DNA from: Bispira polyomma
Taxonomy: Eukaryota
Direction of reading: 5' to 3'
Assembly: GCA_965649765.1 (NCBI GenBank)
Contig: OZ287755.1
Coordinates: 3,534,001 to 3,598,000 of the forward strand
Length of the DNA stretch: 64,000 nt
Shown here: positions 25,876-39,607 of the stretch, one piece after another
Numbering within the stretch: the first letter of the stretch is position 1
Layout: each line of letters opens with the position of its first letter
Position numbers and translations under genes: made by a program
The notes under the pieces: generated by a model
What the model was told of the DNA's origin: nothing
Databases searched by the model: none
The model's input: only the letters and a program-made list of their open reading frames with translations

Positions 25876-27558
25876 AATTTAAATGTAGCTTGTGTTATTG
25901 TTTGTTAGCACTTATAACGTGTGGAGTGAAGGTGTCAACAGTAAACTACAGATGAATGCCAAAATCATATCAATCTATGAGTAATTGGTTGGTTAAGTAA
26001 ATTCATATATTACCCTTTTTTTTTGGCTTGTATGTTGTGTTATGTTTATTTATATTTACCTTTTGAGTGCATGTATTGCAATTTTTTATCTTTTATAACA
26101 ATTTGTGTGTTAATGTGCTCCTACCCGTTGACTAACTCTTTTACTAACTAACACAATAACTAACCTACAGACTAAATGACACATCACCTAAATAACTGAC
26201 TAACTGTAGTTCACTTATTGCACAAATTCCTTTGTTTCAACTATTATCGATGTCTACTGCCCCTGTTCATTGTATTTTGCATATTTAATGTGCCCTATTA
26301 AAGAGAGACATCTTCTATTGAACAACAAAACAGTAAATTAACCAATTGAGAGGTCCCAAAAAAATGTAGCCATGTAGTTAGAAAAGATGTGAAAGTGTAC
26401 AGGGAGGGAACTAAGGGGGTAAGCGAGGTAGAAGATATAGGTTTAAAGTTTTTTTCCAGAACTCAAAAAGTGCTTCTGTTGTTTTATTGAAGTCACATTG
26501 CATTACTTAGCTTTTCTAATAGATTGCATAGCCTTCCCATCAATCATTATATGTTTTTTTGGGTTTTTCTTCTGTCAGTGTTGCAAAGTCACCTGAGAGG
26601 GATATATCACATGGCCTGTGGGGGGACAACAGCTAACAACTACCATTATCAGTTGTATCCATACATAGTCAGTCTATCGCTTTAGGACATTGCAGATGCT
26701 ACACACACAGAGAAAAGTGTGATTGAGTTGATTCTATCAGTACCACATTATAATGTGGAAAAATAAACTTATTTATTACTGTTATTGCTATATTAACCTC
26801 TTTTTGACCCCTATGTAGTTGGCAGGCATGTTATACTCCGGAAACCTATGTCTGTCAGCAAGCAATCGACATCCCAAAAGTTTTATTTTTTTAGCAATAT
26901 AGGAAATTGTAGTACAGCAGACTCCTTTGTTTAAACACTATAGGTCAGACCATTATTAAATAGCATTAGCTGTGCCTTTTAGTAACCTATTTCCCAAAAT
27001 GTTATTAAGTTGCCCCATATTATCTTGGGATTGAAAGGAATATTATATAATCTTACTTTATATAAGTGCACATAATACTGCAATTTGAGTAAAGGATATA
27101 CTCAAAATGCTTAAACAAATTCCCCCATGCAGTTTTGATGGATTATTTTTGAAGAAAAATTAACTGGGAAAGAAATAGTGACTGATTTTTTTTTGTTGAA
27201 AGTTTTATCAACACAAAAAGCTTATATCTTCTGCTACTATATCGTTGTCTATTTTGGGGAGAAAGTGCAATATTCTATAAATTCAACTGCAAATTAAGCT
27301 GTTGAGATTTAAGGCAAAAGTTTTACTTTCCAGAACATGCATTCATTCTGAGTGGTAACATGTCCTGGCTACAATTACTAATATTGGTTTTGTTAATTTT
27401 GTAATATACCTTAACAATTAAGCGCCAACAATAGAGTATTACTGTTACCTGTTATGAATCACTGTAATATAAAATGCTTGCACTTCAATTAATCAACAGA
27501 TTTAACCCAAGCTAAATTGGATTTGCTACTTATTCCAAAACCTATCTAAATCTGTCAG

Positions 27559-28315
27559 TGTGACGGTCACGGGAGTAAGCGCGGTAGCAATTACCGGTTG
27601 CTTTCAAGTTGTAACAGGAAAAGACAAAAAGTTTCACTTAACAAATTTATTTAACAATTCAAGCAACAATTACACAATTACAGAATAACAGAATTACAGT
27701 CAACTGAGATACTCTTAATAGTTCATACAATAATACAATAATGAAACCAATCTGATCTGACCACAGTCCTATCCACATAATTAACAATTGAACAAGTTTG
27801 TCCACTGTATCCAGCAATCTATCTTGAGATCCTCTTGATGTCTACACAATGTCTGTATACTGTTATCCGTTCGGTGTCCACAAACACAAAATGTATATAT
27901 CCAGACAGTCTGCACAACTAAGCTATCTAGTCCAGGATGCAAACAATATCCAATATGCAGTAAATCCAATCTCTGGTAGATCCACAACTTTTATCCAGTT
28001 CACTCCAATGAGTTCACCACAAAAACATATATAGTAATCAGTTTATATCCACAGGAAAAGAAATAAAATGTTCACAGTATAGCAGTTCGTATAGCACACC
28101 AACTCAATAAACTCTACTCTGTGGCCAGGCTGTCAACCCTTATATATATATACCACTGCTAGAGAATGTAAACAACAATTTCTAGAACTTTCCAGAATAA
28201 GATTGTAAACAAATTATAACATCTTCAATAACAACAGAAACAAAATAGAACCAACTTCTAGAAGCTTAGGGGTTTCCCCAAATCTATAAATAGATCACTC
28301 AGCAAGCAAGTGACA
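27559..28315 (-). mobile_element. Solo LTR-like sequence (~757 bp)
   Basis: Termini TGTCAC...GTCACA on the minus strand, a TATA run at ~28140 and AATAAA at ~27646-51, about 90 bp from the 3' end. No TSD found. Confidence 0.55.
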
Positions 28316-28381
28316 CCGCCAAAAAATATCAATATATTGTTTCAGTGGTTTGTGGTTTGGGTTTTAGTGATAGAAGTTAAA

Positions 28382-29714
28382 TGTAACCTCATTTCCCGCG
28401 TGACAGGTCAAAGGGTCAGAGGTCAAGAAAGCAAGATAGTAAGTAAACAGAATGCGGTAAAATATTTTATTGTTAGTCTATGTTAACCTACTATATACAA
28501 CGTGACTTAAGGTCATGATAATTTGTAACTTTAAGTCATACTAAATTGAGTGAGAGTAATAAAATATTTTACATAACTTCAAAGAACAAGATAAGGTCAC
28601 CCCAAGACAGTTTAAATAAGTGAAATGACAAAGCCCGTAGGGTACTTATAAATGGAGATGATCTTATAATTTAGACTACAAAAAGGGGGGCTAAAGATCA
28701 CCTTAAATACAGGTTAGTATACTAAATTTTTTAACCCATAAGGGAATTACAAAATGAGGTGACCCTAAAATGTGTAGAAGAAGAGTTAAGTTGTAATTTT
28801 TCAGTTAATTACAGATTCTATTACCTTTTAATGAAACAGTTATTTCATGAAGTTGAATTACTAGTTGTAGCATACAATTACTAGGAAATAAAATACTACT
28901 GTGTGAAGTTAACTTTATAGTTGTAACATGAAATGACTAGCAAGTGAAATAATAATTGAAATTCTATATGACACTATACATGACTAGCATGTGACTCCAT
29001 GTAAAGCAAAAATTACATAATTATCTAGAATATGAAATATAGACTAAATTTTGAGTAGAAACACCCATTATATAAAAATTGTAAACACACGTAAAAGATA
29101 GTTAAAAGAAGACTTACACGCAGGTAAGTACACAGAATGCTATAACTTAGTCTGCAAAGACATACGTAAAGGTAAAAGTATAAAAGTAAAATCTGTTACA
29201 TAAAAGAAAAGTCTGTGCTTAGCTGAAAGTCGCATAGCAGTAAGACACTTTACGTAAACGTTTGTTTCTGTTAAAATCCAGGTCCATGCGCGCTTAACCT
29301 TAGGCCTTATCCAGTGGTAAACCATTAGACTGGGTTATTTACAGAGATCCTTATCTAGCTCTTCCATATGTCCTACATGGCTAAGTAATATAGCCCCCTA
29401 CTTAACACAACGATTGAGGATCAGAACCACCGGAGCACAAGCAGCTAGCTACACCATAAGGGTCCAGACGTCGCTGAGATCCATGGAACTGTACTTCACC
29501 GACATTCTACAACTACAACAAACTGTTAAATGGGAGGGTACAGGGTGGGTTGTAAAAACACTTGTATCTATGAACTGTTTTTCACTAATGATGGCGCCTG
29601 TTGGCGGCAATCCCTTTTATACTTGCCCCCGTGACCCCAGGTGGCTTAATTAGCCTCTCAGTGACCTGCCACCAGAACTGAGGGGGGCTGTCGCACGGGC
29701 GTCAGCCCACCACA
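28382..29714 (-). mobile_element. LTR-like sequence (~1.33 kb)
   Basis: Minus strand starts TGTGGTGG and ends GGTTACA, with TATAAAAGGG at ~29620 and AATAAA at ~28466-71. No coding region and no TSD. Confidence 0.55.
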
Positions 29715-30390
29715 TTTCCCGCGTGACAGGTCAAAGGGTCAAAGGTCAAGAAAGCAAGATAGTAAGTAAACAGAATGCGGTAAAATATTTTATTGTTAGT
29801 CTATGTTAACCTACTATATACAACGTGACTTAAGGTCATGATAATTTGTAACTTTAAGTCATACTAAATTGAGTGAGAGTAATAAAATATTTTACATAAC
29901 TTCAAAGAACAAGATAAGGTCACCCCAAGACAGTTTAAATAAGTGAAATGACAAAGCCCGTAGGGTACTTATAAATGGAGATGATCTTATAATTTAGACT
30001 ACAAAAAGGGGGGCTAAAGATCACCTTAAATACAGGTTAGTATACTAAATTTTTTAACCCATAAGGGAATTACAAAATGAGGTGACCCTAAAATGTGTAG
30101 AAGAAGAGTTAAGTTGTAATTTTTCAGTTAATTACAGATTCTATTACCTTTTAATGAAACAGTTATTTCATGAAGTTGAATTACTAGTTGTAGCATACAA
30201 TTACTAGGAAATAAAATACTACTGTGTGAAGTTAACTTTATAGTTGTAACATGAAATGACTAGCAAGTGAAATAATAATTGAAATTCTATATGACACTAT
30301 ACATGACTAGCATGTGACTCCATGTAAAGCAAAAATTACATAATTATCTAGAATATGAAATATAGACTAAATTTTGAGTAGAAACACCCA
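28390..30390. repeat. Near-identical ~678-bp direct repeat pair (28390-29067 and 29713-30390) with a ~645-bp spacer
   Basis: catttcccgcgtgacagg...gagtagaaacaccca occurs twice; only one mismatch noticed (ggtcagagg vs ggtcaaagg). Confidence 0.95.
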
Positions 30391-33126
30391 AGCCCAGCAC
30401 GTAGGGAGCTAGGGAGAAGAAGTAGCAAGATGAAGGCGAAATGTGTCCGATACCTGCTGTCCCGCATCCACTGAGTCGGTAACATACCTCCACACGCAAT
30501 CCGACGTCCAAGACACAGGAGGTATCATATGTTTCAAAATGAGGACGTCTACATTTGTGCCAAATTTAATACAAATCGGTCGTGAACTGTAGCTTAAAGA
30601 CAAGATATCCTTTTTTGAAAACAATAGTACCACTGAAGATCTGTTTACGTCTGTGTCAAATATAAAAAAATGAAGACAGCGTTCGGCAAACCAAAGCTAC
30701 ACTGACTCTATGATTGGTGATCATTTGCATACTGAAGATACAGCTCGGGAGGGATCACCTAATTTGCCTACAGCAAAGACACCGTTCGACAAACCAAAGC
30801 TACACCAACTCCGAGATTGAGGATGTATATGAAATATGATGACGTTATCCTCACATCATCAACACACCATTTTTGATTTGACGTCAACACCTAGATGTTA
30901 GGATGAGTAGCTGAATTGAAACTTAAATATCTCATCTTTTTCTTATCGGATTTTGATGGAACAGAAAGTACAGTGTTCACAATAAAATAAGTTTTCTCAT
31001 AATTTTTTCTTAAATTGTAAGCTGCCGTAATTCCTGACTTATTAATGAATCTGATTGTGATAAATTTTGATATATAGTGCAATTTTATTGATGTAAACAA
31101 TGATATCTTCTTCACTATTTTATTAATTAAAATTGTTAATCCTGTCAAATAAAAGCTTTCTAGTGGTACCAAAACAAACATTTGAGGTGAAGTATTGAGA
31201 TAGATAGAGCAATTCCAATCAAATCCATCGCACCCCTCCATCGCCATCGCACCCTTCCAGTTTTTAGAAAGTAAATAACATTTTTTTCTATGTGAGATGT
31301 ACTTTACTTTAAAATACGGGTTACTATGTTGAATATATACCCCACTTCTATTTAATTTTTAAAAATAATAACATAACTGTAACCTTTATATTTAAAAGTA
31401 AACTACACCTTACCCCATATATTAACCCCAAGCACCAATTTGCGAGGCTGTAATTAAAATTCCGGGCGAGGTTTTGCAATCTCTGGCTGCTACATCTTGT
31501 TTGGCTCTGTAATATTTCCAAGTTGCAACATGTGACATCTCAATGTGACATTAAACACAATTTACTTGTGCTTTAAGTATTTATCCAATGTATTAATATT
31601 AAGAAAGTTTGAACCACCTCTTTTAAAAGTACTGTGTTCCACTAGCTACCCAGTTTATAATTAGAACCGCCTCTCCCCCAATCCAGAAAACAGTTGATAA
31701 GGCAGGGGATTGGAAAGAATTCACTCCTGGATAAATTCCTGGTTAGCTTTTGTAATTACGATTGATAAACTATTTTTTTGTAAATAATGCCCTTTAATTG
31801 AAACATTTGTAAAACTGGTGACAAGTAGTATAAAACTTTTGTGTAGTTTTAAATATTAAACAATAAAATAAAACCTTACCAAATAATTCAGCGCTCATTG
31901 AAAATGCATGTTATATTTAAACCATGTGACATATGTTAATGAATGTGATGCATGTAGAGCAATATTAGTATTTTTTGTCAAATTTATTGATATGTGCATA
32001 TATATATTTTTGGGTTAATGTATCGGAATGCTTTGAATTGTGTATTTCAATACCAACAAATACCCAAGGTCTGTTCTCTACCAGAAAATTTATTTAGATA
32101 TTATTGATTATCATAGCATATAAACTCCCATCTTGTTTGCATGAAGATATATAATTAATTCTTAGGGGAAGCAAATTGTCACCAGCTGGATCTATCCTAC
32201 CCCACAGTTCATTTATGTTAGTATAAATAGTAATTTGGTGGAAAAAAAATGTCAAATTAATGACTTTTCCTCAGTTGCTGTCACTTAGCCATCTCTGTAA
32301 TTGCTGATTGTGTCGGAAACAGCAGTTTTTGTCACAACAACAGTGCACAACTTCATCCCTGACTAATAAATCTACCAAACAAATGAACACTCATTCTCCA
32401 TACCAATTAATGATCTTGAAAATATGCCCTATTAGAGTCAGTATAAAACACATTTTTATTACATAAAACAATATTCTAAAACTAAATACCATACAAGGTG
32501 ATTAATCACCGATTCTGGGAAAGATATAGCCGATGTGATTGTTTTTTTTTTTTGTGTGTTTCTTTCAAGTAATGTGTCGACAATAGTTTTCAGATAAATG
32601 TCTGTATCAGCAAGCACCAAGTAGGCTCAGGAAAAAAAAATGTTCTTTGTGTGTTTTTTTTCCAATTCTGAAACACACAATTTGCCTTGCAAGCTTGTAC
32701 TATTTCTCTATGGCTCTTCTTGACTTGCAATGCAAGTTGGTATTCATCATCTGTATTAATTTGAAGATTTCTTGTACTAAGGTTGCATTGTTAGCCTGCG
32801 CTTCTTTTCAGCATACTTTTATCGACCGACATTCTTATTTAATATTACCAAGCACTTCATTTCAGCATATTTTCAACAGATCAGATGAGACTTTGGCAGA
32901 CGTCTGTTGGGCCAACAGATTATATATGTGAGGGAGGGAAAAAATCGGGAGGACTGATCAATTTTGAAACAAAACTGGCTGAAAAAATGCTATCATAGGT
33001 ATAGTTTTTATCCCATACATACTCAATTTTCGTTTTATGAGAAGTTTAGTGAACAAGAGGGTTTTTTAAGACTTTATCTGACGCATACTTGAGAATACTG
33101 CAATACAGGCTGATACATTGTGCATT

Positions 33127-33321
33127 GGGGGCCGCAGTGGCCTAGTGGTTAGCAAGCATTGCGCTTCACAATCACTGGTCTCTCACCTCTGGGATCAGCT
33201 GGCGTGGCTTCGACTTCCGTCGATGCCTATGTGGGAAAGGTGCGTTTCCAACTACCCGTCCCAATATAACCTAAACAGCTACTAGACTGGAGGTTAAATA
33301 TCCCAATTCAAAAAAAAAAAT
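33127..33321 (+). mobile_element. tRNA-derived SINE with poly(A) and 16-bp TSD
   Basis: ggggccgcagtggcctagtggtta (A box), ggcttcgacttcc (B box) and an A-tail. TSD tgata(c/t)attgtgcatt at 33111-33126 and 33322-33337. Confidence 0.88.
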
Positions 33322-34978
33322 TGATATATTGTGCATTAGAAAACATGCAGATGTTTATAAATAGTCACCCAAAAGCCTCTGTTATGCATTGGTGCTAGTT
33401 GGCTGTATTTGTGGTCGAGTCAATAAAAGGTTACTACCAAAACACTACCATTTTAGGTGGTTATTTGAGCCACAATCTATCTGCATGTGTACCTGGTGGC
33501 CCCAAAATTATTTTCTATTTGACCAAAATCGACATTGTATTTTATGTTCATTAAGAACCAAAATGGAGTGTATTGTCCAAACATAATGCCAGAAAAATCA
33601 ATTTTTTGCTCCCCAGTTTTCTTTTATACAGTTTGCCTCCCCAAATGATCGATCCATGGATATTGAATTGCTGGTAGAAATGAGCTGATTTAAGGTATCA
33701 AGTTGTTTATACCCTTAAAGAAGTAACACAACCCTATATTCAGGTAGATCCACAAAGTTATTTCTATTTATACTTGCAAGATTTGACCTCAATTAATAGA
33801 GTAATTGGGTATTGACATCAATCCATTTGTCACTATAGTTCATTTGCGGTAAATATAATCTATTCGTGTTTTCCAGGACTTTTCATGGTCCATGTGCAGT
33901 GATTAGGACTATTATTTTATTAACAAAGGATTTGTTTTCACTGTTTATGCCTGGTCCTGGGATACTAATAAATGTTGGTGTCACTCTGTGCAATTGATGA
34001 ACTAATTAATCGTTGTTTCAGTATTTGGCAGTGACTCTCATTAGATGTGGTTGGATTAGTACTAATTAGTATGACCAGCATCTCCCAATGATATCTTGCC
34101 CTTATAATGTATCTATTAACAGTGTTTATTTCAATTAGACCCTTGAACACCTTGTTAGAAAATACAAAGGAAAGCTACAGTGCTCGCCAATGAAGTGAAA
34201 CCTCTAATGTTAATACGGGAAAGCCCTTAGTAAGGTCAATCAAGCTGAAAGTACGAACAATCGTCATGTCAATAATCCACCTGCCAATACCGTGTCTAAT
34301 ATTTTTACAGGCAAAGACTGTAATATTAGTAGAAGTATCACTCCTCTTTCCTCACCAGTCGATTGTGTCAAATCCAATAACAGTTGGGAGGTAGCTAATA
34401 TTTTCATTATTTACTCTGTGTTATAGTATGTGTTATTTCCACTAGAGAATGGGACAGGCTCAAATGTGCATTTAGCTGTTATGTGACATTTCACTTTAAT
34501 TTCACTCAAGGCAATGCAATTACTTTTGTAATTGTAAATATGAATATATGCATACAAAATATAACTAAAATATTTCAAACCAAAAAATGTTGATCAATAT
34601 ACGACTTCAAATTTTAACTACAAAAAAAAGAATAAGAAACAAAACATTTTTTCTCTAACTGTTGTTGTGAGATACAATACATTTTTATATGTCATATTAC
34701 ATAATTGGTCTATGTAAAAATCTGAAGACCTATAGCCCTTTAGTAATACATGATTAGAACATAAAATACAACCATAACCAAAGTTATAAACCCTGTAATA
34801 GAGCACACATGACATACTGTTTAATCTCATTACCTTAAACTTTCAGTGGTAGTTCTTTTCGTGCAAAAGTGCATTTGGTGCTTCACTATGATTAAAATGC
34901 CTTGTTCTTACAAAATGATTTGATAGTGCAATGGTAACAATCACACCTCCCAGCTCTTTAATTGTCTTGTCCCTGTTA

Positions 34979-35472
34979 TGCCCTGGTCCCACCGGATGTA
35001 CGTTAGATTAGGTGAGTCACGCTAGGGCCGTGTAAATATTTGCTGCAAAAGTTGATACAAAATCCAAATATATTGCTTTTCTTCACATGAAAGGCATCAA
35101 CAGATGTTAAAATTCATGTATTAGTACGTCAAAAGCTGTCAAATCTCGCAGGGGATGGATAAGTTCACGTCAAAGTACATATTTCAACCCCTGTATGACC
35201 TGTATGAGTACGCCAATAGATGTAAAATGACATCATAATGACGCACATCTACACACTGTGATGCATATCCACGTTTCAGTACGTCATACTTTTGCATCTC
35301 TTGCGTGTCCAAATTTCAAACGGTTTAAAATAGTAAATTTCTTGCATCTCATCTCTCACGCCAGGTTATGTATGTTTATGTATATTACTTTAACTCCTGC
35401 ATACTCCATGCAAACCCTACGCAAATTAATTTTCAAACGACTTCTAACGTGACAGCCGGTGGGACCAGGACT
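34979..35472. mobile_element. PIF/Harbinger-like MITE
   Basis: ~27-bp TIRs gccctggtcccaccggatgtacgttag / ctaacgtgacagccggtgggaccaggac, with TTA on both flanks (34976-78, 35473-75). Confidence 0.85.
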
Positions 35473-35475
35473 TTA

Positions 35476-38015
35476 GACAGATTGCTGAAGTTGGTGACGG
35501 TCATAAATTTATGACCTTTCTTGATTTGTGTGATCTGAATCAGTCAGTTAGACAACCTACCCATCTGCATGGTCACATTCTGGACCTCATTTTATCTCCT
35601 TGTGATTGGGATACTATTGTGGATGTCAAAGTCTGAGATTCCATATCGGATCATGCATTAGTCAAATGCTCAATTGCTTCTCCCCAACAGGTGGCTCATA
35701 TTCCTAATACAGTGCATTATAGGCGACTGTATAAACATATCTGACCTCTGTACTGATCACAAGAATACTTCCTTCGTTAAGTCACCAGCCAATTCTGTAG
35801 CCAAACTTTATGAACAATATGTACATGACTTAGGTGATGTACTAGATAAGCATGCACCACTTGTATCTAGAATGTCAAAGACAGATTCTGTGCATTGGCT
35901 TTCTGATTCATACCGATGGGCAAAGTCTCTCAAGTGCCAATATGACACAACTTGGGGGGAGGGCCAAGAATCCATTGAAAAGAAGTCAACTTCGTCACCA
36001 GATTGCTCAGTGCAATGTACTTGTTAATGAGGATAAATCAGAGTATTATAGCAAACTTATCTCCGACAACAGTCACAACTCTAGGAAGTTATGCCACAAA
36101 CTGCGCAAGACCCTTAATATGGTTACCAATGTGGCACTCCCGTCCCATGAATCTGATAAGTCGTTAGCTGACAAGTTTGCTTCCTTTTTTTCAGACAAAA
36201 TTAAGAGAATTGGAGATACTTTTGTTGTTTCTGGAACTAAAATTGATGTTCATCCTTTTTCTGAACCTCCTGAAATCACTACCTTTACCACAGTCTCTGA
36301 AGATGATGTTAATAAAATAATTAGTAACTCGCCTACAAAATCCTGCATGTTGGATCCATGGCAAACATCTTTTATTAAAGAATGTAGTGATATATTACTC
36401 CCATCCATTACAAAGCTTGTAAACTGCTCACTTACTGAGGGACATGTACCTAATGGTTTTAAAACAACTGTGGTGACTCCTCTTATTAAGAAGGCTTCTC
36501 TTCCAGTTGACGACCTAAAGAGCTATCGCCCTGTATCTGGTCTTAGTTCCATATCAAAACTGGTTGAATGTGTGGTTGCTAAGCAACTGTTAGATCATAT
36601 CCTTGTCCACGACTTTAGACAACCCATACCAGTCTGCGTAGAAAACAGGTCATTCAACTGAGACAGCTCTTCTGTCCATAAAAAATGAAGTTCACCTATC
36701 TTTGGCAAGAGACGAACCTACTGCCCTGATATTCCTCAACCTCTCTGCTGCCTTTGACACCATTGGTCATTCCATTCTTCTCAGTTTTCTTCAGACTTGG
36801 TTTGGAGTTAGGGGTTCTGTTCTTAAATGGTTCACTTCCTACTTAACTGATCGTTATCAGTCGATAAAAATTGGCTCTACTTTGTCCGATCTTTGTAAGC
36901 TCTTGTTTGTTCCTCAGGGTTCTGTTCTGGGCCTCTGTTGTTTTCATTGTACACTGCCACTCTCAGATTGGTGGCAAATACAAAGGTATTAAGTTTCATG
37001 TTTATGCAGATGATACCCAAATTTATGTGCACTTATCCCATAAGAACACATCAACTGTCTGTTGAACAGATGCCTTGATGATGTGAAATAGTGAATGTCA
37101 ACTGGTAAACTCAAACTTAATCCTGACAAGACTGAGTTCATAATCCTTGGCTCAAAATAACAGAGGGATAAGTTTAAAGCATGGTTTCCAGTTGACATCC
37201 TGGGTAGTCCTTTCAGCCCAACTGATTCTGTTAAGAACCTGGGTGTATGGTTTGACTCTGACTTTTCCTTCTCTAAACACGTTCAGTGTCTTCAAAAGTT
37301 GTTTTGTGCAACTCTGGGACTTCAGACGTGTCAGGCGGTTTCTCACTTATGATGCTTCTATACTTGTGGCAAATGTTTTTGTCAGTAGTAGACTGGATTA
37401 CTGCAATTCACTTTTCAGGAGTCTCTGAAAGTTTAATTTACTCAAATTACAATGCACTAAAAATAGTGCTGCCAGAATTGTATGAAATACCAGTCGATAC
37501 ACCAGTATAACTCCTGTTCTTAAGAAATTGCATTGGCTCCCTGTTGAACAGCGTTCAGTGTTACACTTGTTTATAAGTTTCTTCACACTGGGATTCCAAG
37601 GTATTTTTCTCCATATCTTTCCTCTTATAGTAGTTCTTACAATACCAGGCGCAGTCAGAGTGGTAATAATTTCCTTATAGTTCCAAAGTTTCACCCGTCT
37701 ACTCAAAAGTCAGTTAAACAGTTTGGTCACAGATTTGCTTTTGATGCTTCCATTGTTTGGAATGCTCTTCCTGGTGTGATTTGTGCTTTCCCCTCACTAG
37801 CCTCTTTTAGAAAGCAGCTTAAAACCCACTAAAACACAAAAGCATACCCACCTCAGTCTCAATCAACTCCCGGCGTGCTCTGTGGTGCTTGACCCTTTTC
37901 TGTTTCTTGATATTGGAAATTGGATTACTGTCTTTTGTGCTATTTCGCCTTAGAGTGCCCTTCATTAAGGGGGATATTAAGCATTATAAAAAAAGTCTAA
38001 TTACAATTACAATTG
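35476..38015 (+). mobile_element. L2-clade LINE, 5'-truncated (APE end, RT, 3' tail), frameshifted
   Basis: PTHLHGHILDL, SDH, KSCMLDP, YRPVSGLS, LSAAFDT, VPQGSVLG, YADDTQ, SRLDYCNS and LHWLP; tail (aattac)n. Confidence 0.93.
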
Positions 38016-38494
38016 CAGTGGACTTAATATGTACTGGTTGCCCCCAACATTAAACTGGCCGGCATGGTATATAATATGGATGGTGCTGTTGTTAAACTCT
38101 AACTAAACTTGCATATGTAAGTTTGTAGGATTCCTGTGTATTTGATACACAAAGCCCAGTTATTAATATAGAAGAGTCTATGCAGCGAGCAACCACTCAG
38201 TCAGTACAACTCTACTGGATGATCATAAAAGACGACTATCTTTCAGTGAAATTTGTGGCCTATGACAGGATATGGACATCCCTACTTTTTACCTCATTAA
38301 ACCGACTTTAGTATGTTTTACTGTACTTGAGTTATATTTGGAACACCAACTAACTAATGCAAATGCATTGATTATTGATAGTTGAACATGACTAAAGATT
38401 TGAGAGACAGTATATATCATAATTTTTAAACGTAAGTACACAGTAATATGAGAGTAATTTGTCAGAGACTGTTGGAAAGCATGACTAGATATAT

Positions 38495-39607
38495 TTAATT
38501 CTCACACTCATCATCCACTTCCATAGACCCTTTCCTCAGGATATTGAAAGCCATCTGCTTCCTTCTCTGTTTATCCCTGGTCTCAGCCTGCTGCTGCATC
38601 TTGATGTAACTGATAAACATGCTGACAAAACCAGTGACAAAGACCAGGGTGGGCCAGAGGATGACATTGATCATAATTCTGTAGTCTGTGACTGTAGCTG
38701 TAGGGAGGGACCTCTGGTAGTAGCAGAAGAGATCCTGGTGTAGCTGTAGAGTGAGAGAGGCATGGTGATGAGAGAGTATCATGGTACAATTTGTGTGTGT
38801 GGAGGTCAGAAGGTGTGAGACACAACCAGAGCAGCAGTCCTATAACAGGAAAAAAAAAGGGTTTAGATCAGATGTCACGACAATATTATAAAGTAACACA
38901 CATTTATAAAAAAAAGGTTTTGTTGAACAACAAATTCAAGACAAGGCAGATTCCCTGTGATATGTACTTGAAAGCTATCTTTAAAAATACCTAAAATGGT
39001 CTGAAATTGAATAGCACACATGATTCTTGTGTAACAGTGATACTACCTATAATTCAACATTCATGATGCATCAATAATATTCCACAAAGGGCATCATTAT
39101 AAAGAAAACAAAAGATAAACTATAGATAGGATGAATTCATGATCAGGGAACCTTAAAATATAGCATTAGTCATGCCACAGAGTTTTACCTCACCTTCTTT
39201 CCATTTCTTGTTTTCCCTTTCTGTTTGGCCAGTAGTATTTCATCATTTAACGAGCCACTGGCTGCTATATTAGAAAGTACACCCACATGGTAAGTGACTA
39301 TTTGATCCAGGGTTTCAATTCTGTAAGCCACTGTGACATCAAGGCACACCAATGGGTCACTTAGTGCACCTTGGTCCCCTGGTGTACCAGGTGCGGTAGT
39401 GTTTATGATCACATGTACACCACATGGTTTAGTCAACATTTTAACAGGGTTGAAGGCCACTACAGTACACATAGTGAGGATGAGTTCTGTAGCTAGTCTG
39501 TAAGGTACAACTAAGTAGTAGGTTAAGAAGAGAACAGCCAAAAAGCTGGCTGTTACAGCCATTGCACTTAGTACAAACAAAAATTTGTACTGTCGCATGT
39601 TACTCAT
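38495..39607 (-). CDS. Two-exon gene (39194-39607 + 38495-38839), 252-aa two-TM protein resembling the Ca-activated K+ channel beta subunit (KCNMB/CaKB)/TipE family
   Basis: Donor AAGAAG|gtgagg and acceptor ttttcctgttatag|GACTGC join in phase 0 with no stop. TM1..VVPY..CTV, CLDVTVAY, FCYY and ILWPTLVFVTG (TM2) match the CaKB pattern. Confidence 0.78.

Noticed and set aside
30680-30820. Short ~37-bp imperfect direct repeat cgttcg(g/a)caaaccaaagctacac
   Set aside because: Real, but only two copies inside an unclassified repeat; no function can be supported.
33127-33220. Functional tRNA gene (also ~19490-19550 and ~6580-6645)
   Set aside because: No complete cloverleaf. Each is followed by a SINE body, and two of the three have TSDs.
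33600-34400. Ancient CR1-like RT relic (LIDLTKGF on the minus strand at ~34220)
   Set aside because: A single motif; too degenerate to delimit.
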